Position numbers and translations under genes: made by a program. The notes beneath the pieces are model-generated. The model was given only the letters and a program-made list of their open reading frames with translations, had not been told where the DNA came from and made no database searches. A stretch of 64,000 bases of DNA from Camelus dromedarius (Eukaryota): the NCBI RefSeq assembly GCF_036321535.1, contig NC_087436.1, positions 66,404,001 through 66,468,000 on the forward strand, read 5' to 3'. Every line of letters starts with the position of its first letter. Position 1 is the first letter of the stretch. Below, one piece after another: positions 50,385 through 62,469 of this stretch.

Positions 50385-51514
50385 CTCCATCAGCGGCAGG
50401 ACCGGCGTCTGGTCTCTGAGCGGTGCCTGCTGGGTCTCCCGTTTCTTCCTCTCCTCCAGCAGCTGCCGTTGACCTGGCCTCCTCTAGCTGCTGCCTGGCC
50501 TTCTCCAGCCCCGGGCGCCGCTGGGCACGGAGCCGCCCCTGTCCCTCAGGGCAAGCTCCCCCTGCTGCAGCTCAACAGTGAACCTGGAAAGGTCTCCGCG
50601 GATCCTAACGTTCAAGCCCGTGGTCTGGTCCAGTCTCGCCCGGCTTTGCAGCTTCGCCAGCGGCCTCTCCTTCTCTAGCTCCAGGTCCACCAGACTTTTC
50701 TGCATCTTCTCCTGACGCCCCCGCCTTCCCTGCAGCCCCGCGGGTTCTCCCCTGGGCAGCTTGTCGGTTGCTCTCTCGCATCTCCCTCAGGGAGGCGTCT
50801 CTTCCCTCGGTGCAGCCAGCTCCCCGCCATCTTGGGCAGCCGCGCGCCCAGACTTCCTGTTCCTCGCAGTCCTGCTCCTTCAGGAACAACTTCTGCTCCA
50901 AATCCTTAATCCTCTGCTCCTAGTCTGCTCTCACTTCGCCTGCCTGGAATTCCTAAACTTTCTTCCTGTCGTTCATTGTGCTGCCAAGTCCAGCTGCTCC
51001 TTCAGCTTCTCAGACTCCAGGCACTTCACCTGCAATTCTGAGATCCTCGCTGATGATCTCACTGGCTTCGACCAGGCTGTTCTCCTGCAGCTTCTTGCTG
51101 GTTAGGCTTTGCTTACACAGTCTGTTGCGCTCCACCCGCTCTTTCATCTTCTCGTCCACCGCGGCATCCTGCTCCTGAGGCTGCTGAACGCGTGTCAGGA
51201 GCTCCCGGTTGTGGTCAGCCTCGAGCTGGTGGCCCCTGGCACCGGTGCTGGCTGCTCGCTCCAACTCCACGCGAGCCCTCTTGTGACTTGGCTCCACCTG
51301 CTTTTCTCGCTCCATATGGATGAGGCAAGTCTGAGTGGATCTGCTCTGTTTATTCCTCCAGCTGCGTCGCCTGCTAATACTGCACCTGCAGGGAACCTTC
51401 GGCAGAGGTGGAAACATCTAGTCCAGACCCTCCCTCCACTCTAAGAAATGAAGTTATCCAAAGGCCTCAGAAAGGATAGGACGGTGGTGTTCTCTGCCCC
51501 CCCTCGTCTTCCAT
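50385..51514 (-). pseudogene. MAD1L1: MAD1L1 (MAD1 spindle checkpoint) processed pseudogene, about codons 1-406
   Basis: ATG GAA GAC at 51514. Minus-strand peptides [84 protein letters not shown] are collinear with MAD1 and have no introns; several stops and frameshifts. Confidence 0.93.
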
Positions 51515-51519
51515 GCCCC

Positions 51520-51600
51520 AGCTCTTCCTTTCCCTCCATCCCTCCATCTCTCCCTTCCTTCCTTATATCTTTTCCTGCTTTCTTTCTCTCTTTCTCTCCT
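51520..51600. repeat. CT-rich low-complexity tract
   Basis: Seen directly. Confidence 0.8.
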
Positions 51601-51654
51601 ATACTAAAGGTAACATCATCATACTGATTTTCTGTTTTTTGGTTCTTCCTTTCA

Positions 51655-51790
51655 TCAGTCCCAGGAAAAGGGCTTCTAGGGTGCTGATTATTTTGTTTCT
51701 TAATCTGGGTGCTGGTTACATTTCTGAAAATTCATGAAAGTAGAGAATTATTATTTGCAACATTTCTCTGTATAAAATTCCAACCAAATA
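51655..51790 (+). mobile_element. L1ME 3' fragment
   Basis: gggcttctagggtgctg...tttcttaatctgggtgctggttaca...tgaaaattcat. Confidence 0.65.
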
Positions 51791-52019
51791 TTTGTAAATG
51801 GGCTATATTTTATATCTATTGAACATCCAAGTTTGACCTACTTTTTATTTTAATTCTAAAATTCCCTCGCCACTTCCTATTTCTGAAGACCTAGCTCGTG
51901 TTTCCTCAGTTCAATGACTAGATTTTTGAAAGTTATCCTTCTCATACTCCCAATATTGATTTTGAGTTGGTATTGTTGTTGATGTTAGGTCCTTTATTTC
52001 CAGGTGCTTACTACCTAAC

Positions 52020-53350
52020 ACTTGAAAATCATTTTTAAACTTATATTGCAAATTAAAGAGCAAGTCCTCAAACATTGCAACTTGACTGAATATAAGAACA
52101 CGGAAATCTAAATGTGCCTTAAAAAACTCCAGATGTAAGAAAAATATTATCAAAGAAGGACATTATTATGTAAATACAACAACAAAACTGCTGCACAGAT
52201 AATGCAAGCAGTTCTAGTTATCTAGTAGATGAGCACATAGCAAGTACTTAAAAGCTTTCATTTTTATTCTTTTGTTCATCTTGTCCCTCCCTTCCTGTTT
52301 TCTTCCCTTTCTTTTCCTTTCCTTCCCTTCCTTCCCTTTTCCTTCCTTCCTTCCTTCCTTCCTTCCTTCCTTCCTTCCTTCCTTCCTTCTTCCCTCCCTC
52401 CCTCTCTTCCTTCCTTTCTTTCAACTGGGACCATATTCAGGTAGGTATTTTGGGCAGGAATGCTTCATAGATGGTTTGTGTACTTCCATCAGGAGGTACA
52501 AATTACCTAGTGATCTTGTATTTATGATGCCAGGGGTGACTGGTTATCATTGCCTAAAATTAGGATTTTACTAGCAGTTTGAAAAATGCTATTTTTCTAT
52601 TTTTTTCTTTGTTAACTAGCTGCAGTATTTCCATAGAGAAAATCATCTCAATAATTTTTTGGTTATATGTGGTATACTTGTTAAGATAAATGTCTGATTC
52701 TTTTATGTCATTGACCAGATTTTAAACAGCACATTAGTTCTAGATATCCAAAAGTGATGAATGGGAATTTAAAAATATGTTTTTTGTATCTTGATAAATT
52801 CATGGAATTAGACATATTATGTTTCAATACATTGCAGTGGTTATTCTTGTCAATACTCAAATTTTTCCACCTTTGACCTTGTGGGAACGTTTTCAAGAGA
52901 GTCTATGATGCAATTCTAGCTATCTTTGATAGCATCTTTGCTTTCACATATGGCAACATACTCTGTACATTTCCCAGATTCAACATACATCTCATAGGAA
53001 TAGGAATATTATCATAGATAACCACGCTAGAAATACCAAATTTAAAATAATGATAAAATAATATTCTCTAAAATATATCACATATTCGACGTTTGCCAAT
53101 TCAGTTTTTCTAACTTGTCTTGCATAGCAATTATTTCTATTCTGGGATCCACTCCACAATCATATATTGCATTTAGTTGTTATATCTAAGGAATATTACA
53201 TTTTAAAGATATGTATCATGAGTTCAAAACAATATTTCCAATTCAAATTCAGGATTTTATGTTTGTCTGTTTGTTTTTATCTACTATATTAAATCTCACA
53301 TCTATGGAGTCTGTCTCCTACATGGAAAATTTGGTTCCCAAGAATAACCA
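52020..53350 (-). mobile_element. Old L1MC4/5-like 3'UTR fragments
   Basis: aaggacattattatgtaaatacaac; ccactccacaatcatatattgcatttagttgtta; atcatgagttcaaaacaatatttccaattcaaattcagg; gaaaatttggttcccaa. Confidence 0.55.
52315..52420. repeat. (TTCC)n simple repeat
   Basis: Seen directly. Confidence 0.95.
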
Positions 53351-53404
53351 AAGGACTTCTCATTTGCATGTACTTTTTTCTTTAGATGGCAAGTGATATT
53401 AATT

Positions 53405-54840
53405 TCCTTCTTTTTGCTGTATTTATTATCATTATTTTGCATTTTGTTTTCAGATTTATCAAATCAGTTGAAAAGTTTCAAAGATAATAACCTTCACAAA
53501 TTTATGCTTTTAAACATTTTTCTAACATCTGAGCTGTTTCTATCTCCTTTAGCTCAAATCTTTTTGCTGTAATTTTAAGTCAGTTACTTCTAGCTGAATA
53601 AAACTGGATGAGGTTCAAGTTGCTACGGCAGCATTTAATCAACAATCCCTTGCCCAGCCTCAGAGCAGATGTATTTTGCTCATCTGGTGGACCTGATGCC
53701 AATCTCTCTTTGCCCTCTTGTGAATTAAGGCAGTGCTTCTTAAGCCTGATGTGTATACATATCATCTAGCAACCTTGTTAAAATGCAGATTCTGACTAGT
53801 AGATCTGAGGTGCAGCCTGAGCTTTTTGTGTCACTAACAAGGTCCTAGGAGATGTTGATACTGCTCATCCTGGATTACAGTTTGAGTAACAAGGGATAAG
53901 GGTTTTCTGGGCTAAGAATTTTTTCAGGTGTTTGATGTGCTACATTTCTGCTCTTTGTTGTCTTGTAACTTAGTTTTCTGGATGTCTGGGTAGGTAATTG
54001 AAGATACAGCAATACCGGTATTGAGGGGCTGTTTTTCTTGGGTTTCATTTACTTCATTTTACTCATCCTCCTTACTAATGCCCTCTTCAGGCTGTCATTG
54101 GTAAAGAGGCCCTCTGCACAGCATTTGTTCCTAACCCTATTGTCTAACTGGTGACTTCCTCTACCTTAACCATGGTTGCCAGCACTCTCTATCACTGCCC
54201 AGGAAAGCTCAGTATATCATGATTGAGGGTCGTAGTGACTTTACATCTAGCAAGGTGACAATCACCACTGTTTGCAGTAAGGATGGCATTATTAGGTTGC
54301 TTTCCAGGGCCAGTCTTTGAATTCACTTTTTCCCCATTCTCACTATGTTGGTGGTGGTGGTGATAACTTGGTGTGGTTGATACCTATGATGGTTGTAATC
54401 TGCTGCATAGTTACTGCCTTGAACTGAAACACCATCTGTAGCAACTGCTGTTGTACCTAATTTCCTTCAATATCATCAAACTAGTTTTTCCAGTTCCTCC
54501 ACCACAAAGTTGCTTCCTGATTTACCTTCTTTTTGACTGTCTTCTGCACAAAAATAACTTTAATAGTGTTATTCATTTGATTATATATTAAATATTATTT
54601 ACAGTATATACTACTGGAAATGTAATGAATTTAAGGCTGCTGAACTGCTGCTTCCTCTGCCTTTCACTTCTGCCTCTGGTGCCAGGCTTAGTTTTCCAAA
54701 ATTGGGAGGGACTCAGTGGTGGATGACAAGAGGGTCCCTTCCTTACTGCTCAGTCACTGAGATCATGTCTAGGACCTGCTGCCATGCCAGCAGCCTCCTT
54801 TTGATGGTGATGGTGACCAGGTCAGTGATGGTGATCTGCT
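53405..54840 (-). pseudogene. YBX1: Ancient YBX1 (Y-box binding protein 1) processed pseudogene, 5'UTR to poly(A) signal
   Basis: Minus strand matches the recalled YBX1 mRNA in order: 5'UTR cctggtcaccatcacc; aagcctggcacc; cold-shock region gtttgatgatattgaagga...ggtgtttcagttcaaggcagtaactatgcagcaga; C-terminal cttcaattacc..cagacatccagaaaac, cacaagagggcaaagaga; 3'UTR aaaagatttgagctaaag; AATAAA at 53422-53427. No introns, heavily decayed. Confidence 0.85.
53731..53893. mobile_element. MER5A hAT MITE inserted in the YBX1 retrocopy
   Basis: cagtgcttcttaagc...cttgttaaaatgcagattctgactagtagatctgaggtgcagcctgag...ctaacaag...gagatgttgatactgct...tttgagtaacaag; 8-bp flanks aattaagg/ggataagg. Confidence 0.85.
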
Positions 54841-57129
54841 AAGGGCTTTCTTAGACTTACTCTTCATTACCAGAATTAATCAGACTCAACCTTAGTTTCT
54901 TATCAGCAAAAATAGAATCATCACACCTACTTCACAGAAGAAGTAAAGAAAACACATGCAAAGCATAGAACATAAAGCAGACACACAAATACTTGCTGAA
55001 CATAGTTTTTGAAAATGTTTACTGCAAATTTTTATGAATTCAGACAAGTTTGGCACTTTTGAAAAATTGCTTAATACCTAGTGATCATTTTCCTTATCTA
55101 TAAAGTAGTCAAAAAAACAAAACAAAACAAAACAAGAAACCAGTTCCTGCTTTGTTAAGGTTGGTATTAGCACTATCCCTTAGTAATCAGGTTCCCTAGG
55201 CATGTGAATATAAGTTAATATAAACAAAGAAGGTTATAACTTGCATTTCTTGGGATATCTTATATTTCTCTAAGTACCTAAGGATTATAAGGGGAAAAAG
55301 ACATCATAATGCCTTTTTCAAGTTCAACAAATCCTTTTCAAATGGAAACATTATATAAATACATACATACATATATATAATTTTTAAGAAATATCCTTCT
55401 CCAATGCAGTATTTCACAATCTTGTTCTAAATTCAGTTGCCTCTCATATCATAAAGATTCATATGTCAAGAGAGATGGTTAGGGAACATTATTAGCTGAG
55501 ACACAGAGAGTGCCAATTTTACCCCCTGATTTGGAAATGTTTGTTCTTGAAAGTGCCCTTCTTTCTTCTCATTTTTAGCTCTGGGTCCCTTGTGATACTT
55601 GACACCCTCCACGTGCACACAGAAGAACATCTTTTCTAATGAAAGTGGGACAAAGAAGAGAAAGATAAATGTAAGCGAAAGAAAGTTTATATGTGAGTGT
55701 TGAGAAATTTGTCAGAGCTTTTATATTTATTCTCTTCTATGTTCTCTAATGACCTTGGAATTTAAAATCATCTGTGGTGAATGAGGTGCCAGTAGATTCC
55801 AGAACGCTTTTAGGAAAATATACATTCCCTTTTGTATCTACAGAGAAAGGCTGCATAAAGGATTTGTGGCATTAATCATACTGGAGCTTGCTTATAATAA
55901 TTGCAGAAGCAGTTGCTGTAAAAGCAGCTGATGAATGAAAATACCTTCAATGATAAGGTCTAAGTGTCCCCTGTAGTAAAGGTTACTCTGTAGTGATAGG
56001 CTGTGGGAAAGTTCCAGTGTTTGTGATAAAGGTGAGTTGAAAAGTTTAAAATAAATCATCAATGTGTAGAGCAACTACTTAAAAAAAAAAAAAAAAGCTC
56101 ACACCTAGGTAGTACTCAATGATAGAGGTGGTTTCAAAAATGATTAAAAGAGTGTTCTGTCAAAGCTGCCCATGGCTATGTGATCTGTATGAGGGGACTT
56201 GTTCACGTTGCTAAGCTCATGTTCCTGCCATCATTGAAAATATGCCTGAAAAAAGACATTTCTAAAAGTGATCATAGAAAAATACGTTTTACTTCCTTCA
56301 GAAGTGTCTTTGAGGTGCACCTTTTTGATAATGAATGATGCTGCTTTTAGTAAAAGTACCCCCTGTGCTCTTCCAAGCTAATATTAGTTGAGCAGATGCA
56401 CTGGATCTCATTCTTGCCCTGTTAAGTTCACAAGGGCTGCTGAAAATCCTTAAGCCAGTTGTACACTGAGTACCTTAGATTACAGGGTGGTTTCCGCCTC
56501 CATTTGATAATCTTTCCAAATTCAACTTGCTGTTGTTGTTGTATGTAATTCTGCCAAGGTTATTGTGCTGTTGGTCTTCCCATTAGTGACATGGATAAAT
56601 TTTCTGTTACCTCTTTCAGCTTAATTGTATTTGATCTCCTCTGAATTATAATAGAAAGACTCATTCTTATCCAAGATCTGGCAATATCTTCTAGTTTTGT
56701 TGGGGGTTGGGGAAGAGTGTGGGAGAATTGGAAGGAATTTTGGGAAAAGAATACTCTCCCTTTCGTTTGCATTGTTGCATTAGCCTTTTAACTGATCTCC
56801 ATGGTTTCAGCAACCTCTTCTTTCCATTCTGTCCATCAAAGTATCTTTTCAGTACATATATTTGACTATGGTAGTCCCCAGATAAACAAACAAATGAACA
56901 AACAAATACACAATGTTTTAATGGTTCTCTATTGCCAATGAATGGAGTCTATAACATTCAGAATCCTTGTTCTGTTGTTTTTATCTTTTTTCTTACTACT
57001 GATTTGTAAACTCCTCTTTTTGGCAACATACAACTGTTATTCCCCAAACACCTTATATACTTCATTTTTTCCATGTAATTGTTTAGTCTGCCCCAACTTG
57101 TAGAAATACCTCTTCATATCTTCACCATA

Positions 57130-57148
57130 CACACACACACACACACAC
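57130..57148. repeat. (CA)n microsatellite within degraded L2 sequence
   Basis: Seen directly. Confidence 0.85.
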
Positions 57149-58289
57149 CTCACAGATTAGCAAACCATGACTCTGTCCTTGAACCAGTCAGGAAAATTAA
57201 TCTTTCTGTCACATAAAGTTGTATTATTAAACTATTTTATTGCAGTTGGTGCTATACTCAGTACATATTTTTACCTCCTTCTGTCCATTTGACTATGTAC
57301 TTTTTGAGGGCAGAGTCTGTGTCTTAGTAATGACTGAGGATTTCAAAAACATAAGAATTACTTGCTTTGAAGGATTAGGGAAAAATATGGCCAGTCTGTT
57401 CCTTTTTAGTAAAAGTACAATCAGGCAAGTTCTTTTCTGCCTTTCCACAAGCATTCAGTTGACTTCTACGATTATAGTTACTAATAGGAAAATGGTTCTC
57501 TTTTCTTTGGCAAACTCCTTTGCAATTCAGTATTCATTTTACCTTTCTGAAGTATTTACTTCTATATAGTGTGTCAATCAAATATTTTTATTTTTCAGAC
57601 AGTCAATAGTACGGAGATGCTTCTTTTCATTTCTCTCATTTCTGCATGATAAAAAACAGAATAAAAATAATTCACAGATAATTGAAGAAAAATTAAATAC
57701 TTTAACAAAATTATCACATGGACAGCTACTAAGTGTGTCAGGTGAGTTAGAGACCCTGTACTTCATTGTTCTGGACAGTTTACTTTTACAGGCATCACTG
57801 AGAAGTCATTTGTGCATTTTGAATCTTTTGTTTTAATTGTGCATTTTGAATCTTTTAGAAATTGCTTGATAAAGTAACATACAAATGGAAAGAATAAAGT
57901 CTGGGCAAAGTTCAAGTAACTAACTAGAGAGTCAAACCTTATATTCTCCAAACACTCATTATCCCCAAACTTGAAATTAAATCAGTAAATCAAGATGACG
58001 CATGAATGAAAAAGAACAATACTGGGACTGCCATCAAAATTTTCTTTGTAAAAGAAAAAGAAGAAGAAGAAAAAACTAAACAGCCATGTGTAGTAGAACT
58101 GAGAACATTAGAATTTCCTTCTTTTGTCACTTCTAAGTATATTTATTATAGTTTGGTTTGGCTCCAGTCCTCCCCTTGTTTTTACTTTGAATTAGGTCCA
58201 GGCTTTTTAGCTCCAGGGAAACTAGTTGTGGTATTGAAATTGCACTTTCCTTTAAACAGTGCTAATTGCAGTCACAATCACTAGTTCAT

Positions 58290-58580
58290 GACCATGGAAA
58301 TTAATGATGGAAAAGACCTGTTAGATCATCTCTTCCATCGGATACTGACAATACAGGATTATTTTTTACATTATGTCCTAGAGTGTTCTGCCTGGTTAAT
58401 TTTAAGAGACTGAAATAATGGGGCTTTCACCATTTCCCTTGGGAGAGACTTGTGTAGCCTAATGAACTTAAGACATTGATCTGAAGATCAACCTAGATTT
58501 TCTTTTTACTTCATTTCATGCCATTACTTCTAGTTATACACCCTTGGGTCACCCTAAACAATCCCTTTCCCTTCTCCATT
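58290..58580 (-). mobile_element. Ancient CR1/L3-class LINE 3' fragment
   Basis: catggaaattaatgatggaaaagacctgttagatcatct...atggggctttcaccatttcccttgggaga...ccattacttctagttatacacc...caccctaaacaatccct resembles the reverse strand of amniote CR1 3' ends. Confidence 0.65.
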
Positions 58581-61500
58581 CAGTACAACAAATTTCCTGG
58601 CTACAATCCTACAAGGAATTCCACAGATGGTTTTATTTGCATTTATGGAGGAGGATATGGTCTTGGTTAATGGTGACGCAAAATGCAGCTATTCATTATT
58701 TCATGAATCATTCTTCTCCAAAAGGAGGCGAGACTTAAAAAAACAAACAAACAAAAAAAAAAAAGAATGTGACTGCTTGTGTTATATCCGTATATTTTAT
58801 TTATCAGTTTTAAATGTATATTAAAAGTAAAATTCTGTCAAAATATTTTCCATGACCTTTAAATATTCAGTTCTATTCAGATTATCAACTTCTTGAAATC
58901 TTGGTAGTGAAATCAATTTTTCTCCCCCATCATAATGTTAACTTGTTCTGTAACTGTGAACATACTATTTAAATTTATTTATTTAAAATATACTAGAACA
59001 TGGTTTTTTAATAAGTATTTGATTTCTCATTGTGTTTTTAAATGGAGTACATCTGATTTTGCATTATACAGTGATAAAGTAGTCAATAATGTACTATATC
59101 ACTTAAAGTTATAATTGAAGAGAAAATACTTGGTCTCTATGTATATATGATAGATAATGAAAAGAAAGCATTATTAGTATAAATGACATATAATAAAAGG
59201 AAAATACTGTTACTGTTATTGCAGATTGATTAGCAGAGTTGATAGATTTCTGGAGTTTGGAAAATAGCATATATTAAATCTTATAACAAATTATCCTTAC
59301 ATGCCTTTTATATGGCATTGATTCTAAATGAAAGAGTTATGAGCTAGTTATACACTATGCACATCGTCATAGGCAATAAGAATAATAATCATCATTATGT
59401 TTGCAACATCAACTTATTTAAAACAATATAGACCATGAAAGTAAATTACTCACCCATGTTAAGTAAAGTAAATGGTCCTACTCACCAAAATGAGGCAATA
59501 GAAGCAATTTATTATAATCAGACTGCTCACAGGAATTCAGCTTACAGAGTTTCAATATGTTTCAATGATAGATAAAATTTTAAGGAAATTTTATAAGATT
59601 CATATGTAATTCCTATTCTCAAATTATGTATGCAAGGAAAAATGCAAGGGAAAAATTCATGGGTAATTAACCTAAGTAAAGTTCTGAATCTGCAGATAAA
59701 CACTTTTCTTGTATCTTCTTATTTTCAAATTCAGTGAGATGTCATTCTGACTCTTTAAGACTAGACCTAGTCATTTTAATTACTCAGAGATAAGACAGTC
59801 TATTTCTTTTTAATGTCTATCCATATTGTGTTTCCTTGTTCAACACAGAGTCTTCTGCTTCACATGTATTTTTATACAATTTAATGATTTTAGATGGCGG
59901 TCAAATTAGACATCTTTACTGGATTGCTAAAACAAATTTTAAAATAAGCTATTACATAAGGAGTTAAGAATTCCGACACTCTCCTAGTTTCAAATTTTGG
60001 TGGGGGAAAGTCTGCATTTTTCATGATTGGTTTTAACAGAATTTCAGTTTTGCTTTTGTTACTTTGAAAATAAGTCTATGTATCTTACTTAAAATATGTC
60101 AAGACATTTTTTACTAAAATCTGTAGTATATATTTAGAGATGCATGAATTTATCTCACATAGTTAAAAGGTAAAAAAAAACCTACATCCACTCTTACTGA
60201 TAAGAGGGAGAAATAAAAGCACTCCCTTTTGTATGCAGTGTTTCTTTTTTATGATGTAGGGACTCAAGTGCTTAATTTGATGTATTCAGGAACTCACTGG
60301 GCATTGAAAAATTTGTCTTTATAATATCACTGGTAAGTTTGGATAGTAATTTTCATGCCCCTTTTAATAGAAAGTGAATCATATAGAAGATTATTTAGAA
60401 CAGAAAGACAAGAAAAGGATGGGAAGGCGTTAGCAATTGGTTGGGCAAAGAAGCAGAGGAAGGAGGAAGTGTGACTAGTGATGCGTCCTTTCAGAAGTAG
60501 ACAAGAGACATAGTATGAAATGCAAAGTTACTTGACAAAGTCACTGAGCCACTAAGGTTTATATATTTTTTTTCTCTACTCAAAAAATAAACTAGTTATT
60601 CAGTATAAATATGTAAACCATTTTAGTTATTTATTCTCTCAATAAGCTTCATTAAGTTGTCCTCTCTGTTCCAAATTAAGTTTATAAAAATTTTAAGATT
60701 TAAGCATATTTTTCTAAGGATCTGCTCCCTCCTGGGATGGAATGTTCTAGTCTCAGACCTATGGTGGTAAATGACTGGCTAGGATTCTCCGTCACCCAGC
60801 CACTTGCCACATTGATAGAGTCCAGCTTAAGATGTCTCCCAGAGTCGCTGCTTTTATTTTCCCAACCTTATTTAAATCATTTGTTCTTCTATTCCTAATT
60901 TTAAGAAATTACAAAATATAATTTCCAGCTAAAGACAACTATGAAAATAATTGTGCAGATAAAGTACTTTATACAATTCCAAAATTATAAAATCACCAGG
61001 AATATTATTAATGCTCTTGTAATAAACAAAACTTTTCTCTCAAGGAGTAGTTTTTGTGTTTGGTACTCAGAGGTCATGGTAGTGAGTGTGCTAAATAAAT
61101 AAACAGAAGATAGCCTGAAAATATAGTTGAATGATTCTTGACATGGCTAGGAAGTACTATACCTTTAAGACCCAAAGGATATGAATCACAATTTTAGCAT
61201 ATATTACATGTATTTTATATCAACTATTGGTGTTTCCTGAGGAGATTAAGGATAACCGTAGAATACAAGCTTAAACTCTCCTGCAGTCCATTCAGGGGAA
61301 AAAAATTAACATGGTTTGTTGAATGCTCTTGAAACTATTTATCTAGCTCTATTGCTGCAAAATACTGACTCTTGTTTGTAGGCACTGTAAGACACAAAAC
61401 AAGAAGCAAGGTCTTCAGAGACTCATTAGGACCATTAGAAAAATGCTTCTAGCAGCTCCTATCAAAACAGCAGAAATAAATAAACTTTGTTCCTGAGACA

Positions 61501-62469
61501 TGGATTCACCCTGTTTCTGCAACCCCATTTCTGGATGATGTATTACAGTCATTATAGTCACCTCTGTAGGACACTGTGTACACGGAGTGTGAGAGCCTCA
61601 CCTCGCAGTTCGGGGTATTTCCTGATATATGAACCATTTGTCCTTGTCAGATTGTCCAAGGTGAAAGAATAAAGTTTAAATATGAGCCACTTCTAGGCAA
61701 CACAACTATAGGAAAAGAAAATATTTTGTCTTACTTTCTCTTGCCACGAAGCTAAAAAAAAAAAAAAAATACTCCAAGAGAAAATGGAGTAAATGATAAG
61801 ATGCCTGAACAAGAAGTGTTACTTCCTCCCTTTTCTAAATTGCTGTTTAATGGAGATAATCCCATAAAATCAAAATGCCAAAATCTCCTATTTGCTGGAA
61901 GTTGTGCTTAATAATAAAGAAAAGTGTTCTACAGATTTATAGTGGAAACAACTAAGACATTCTGAGTCAATGGTAGAAAAAGCTGAAGGAGTGTGACATT
62001 AATTTCTTCATTCAATGTAATACTACCTGTATGACTTAAGTAAGTTTATGAATATTTACAAATGAATGGATATTGGACATTTTTCATTGAGGAATTCCAG
62101 GAAATTCTAGCAGAACTGAATTTGGTATTTTGGAATACATTTACTACTTATATGTAAAATAAAAAAATATGTTTACATTTTAAAAAGTAAGTACTAAATT
62201 TTTACTGTAGGTTTTTTTATTCAATCTTCTAGTTGATTGAGGGATAATGTGACTTCATCAGCTCGGATTTTTCTGTTCCAGAATAGGAACCCTGAAGTTA
62301 GGTCTAGAGGTATTATTACTAGATTTTTTTATTCTCACTAATCCTTTTTCCTTTGTTTTGCATAACTTGTTGGAATAAATATTAATGTAACGCATTTTTC
62401 CCCTAGATGGTCATTAATTTTGTCCATCATCAAAAAAAAAGTAGTGGTTTAAGTCATTGACCAGCAAGG

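Noticed and set aside
50469..51444. Several ORFs over the MAD1L1 copy as a functional retrogene
   Set aside because: MAD1 similarity is scattered over different frames with stops and frameshifts from the first codons; the plus-strand ORFs are antisense shadows.
57810..57856. 20-bp direct repeat ttgtgcattttgaatctttt x2 (similar 16-bp pairs at ~13130-13161 and ~42908-42936)
   Set aside because: Only two copies with no unique-spacer array; local slippage duplications, not CRISPR-like.
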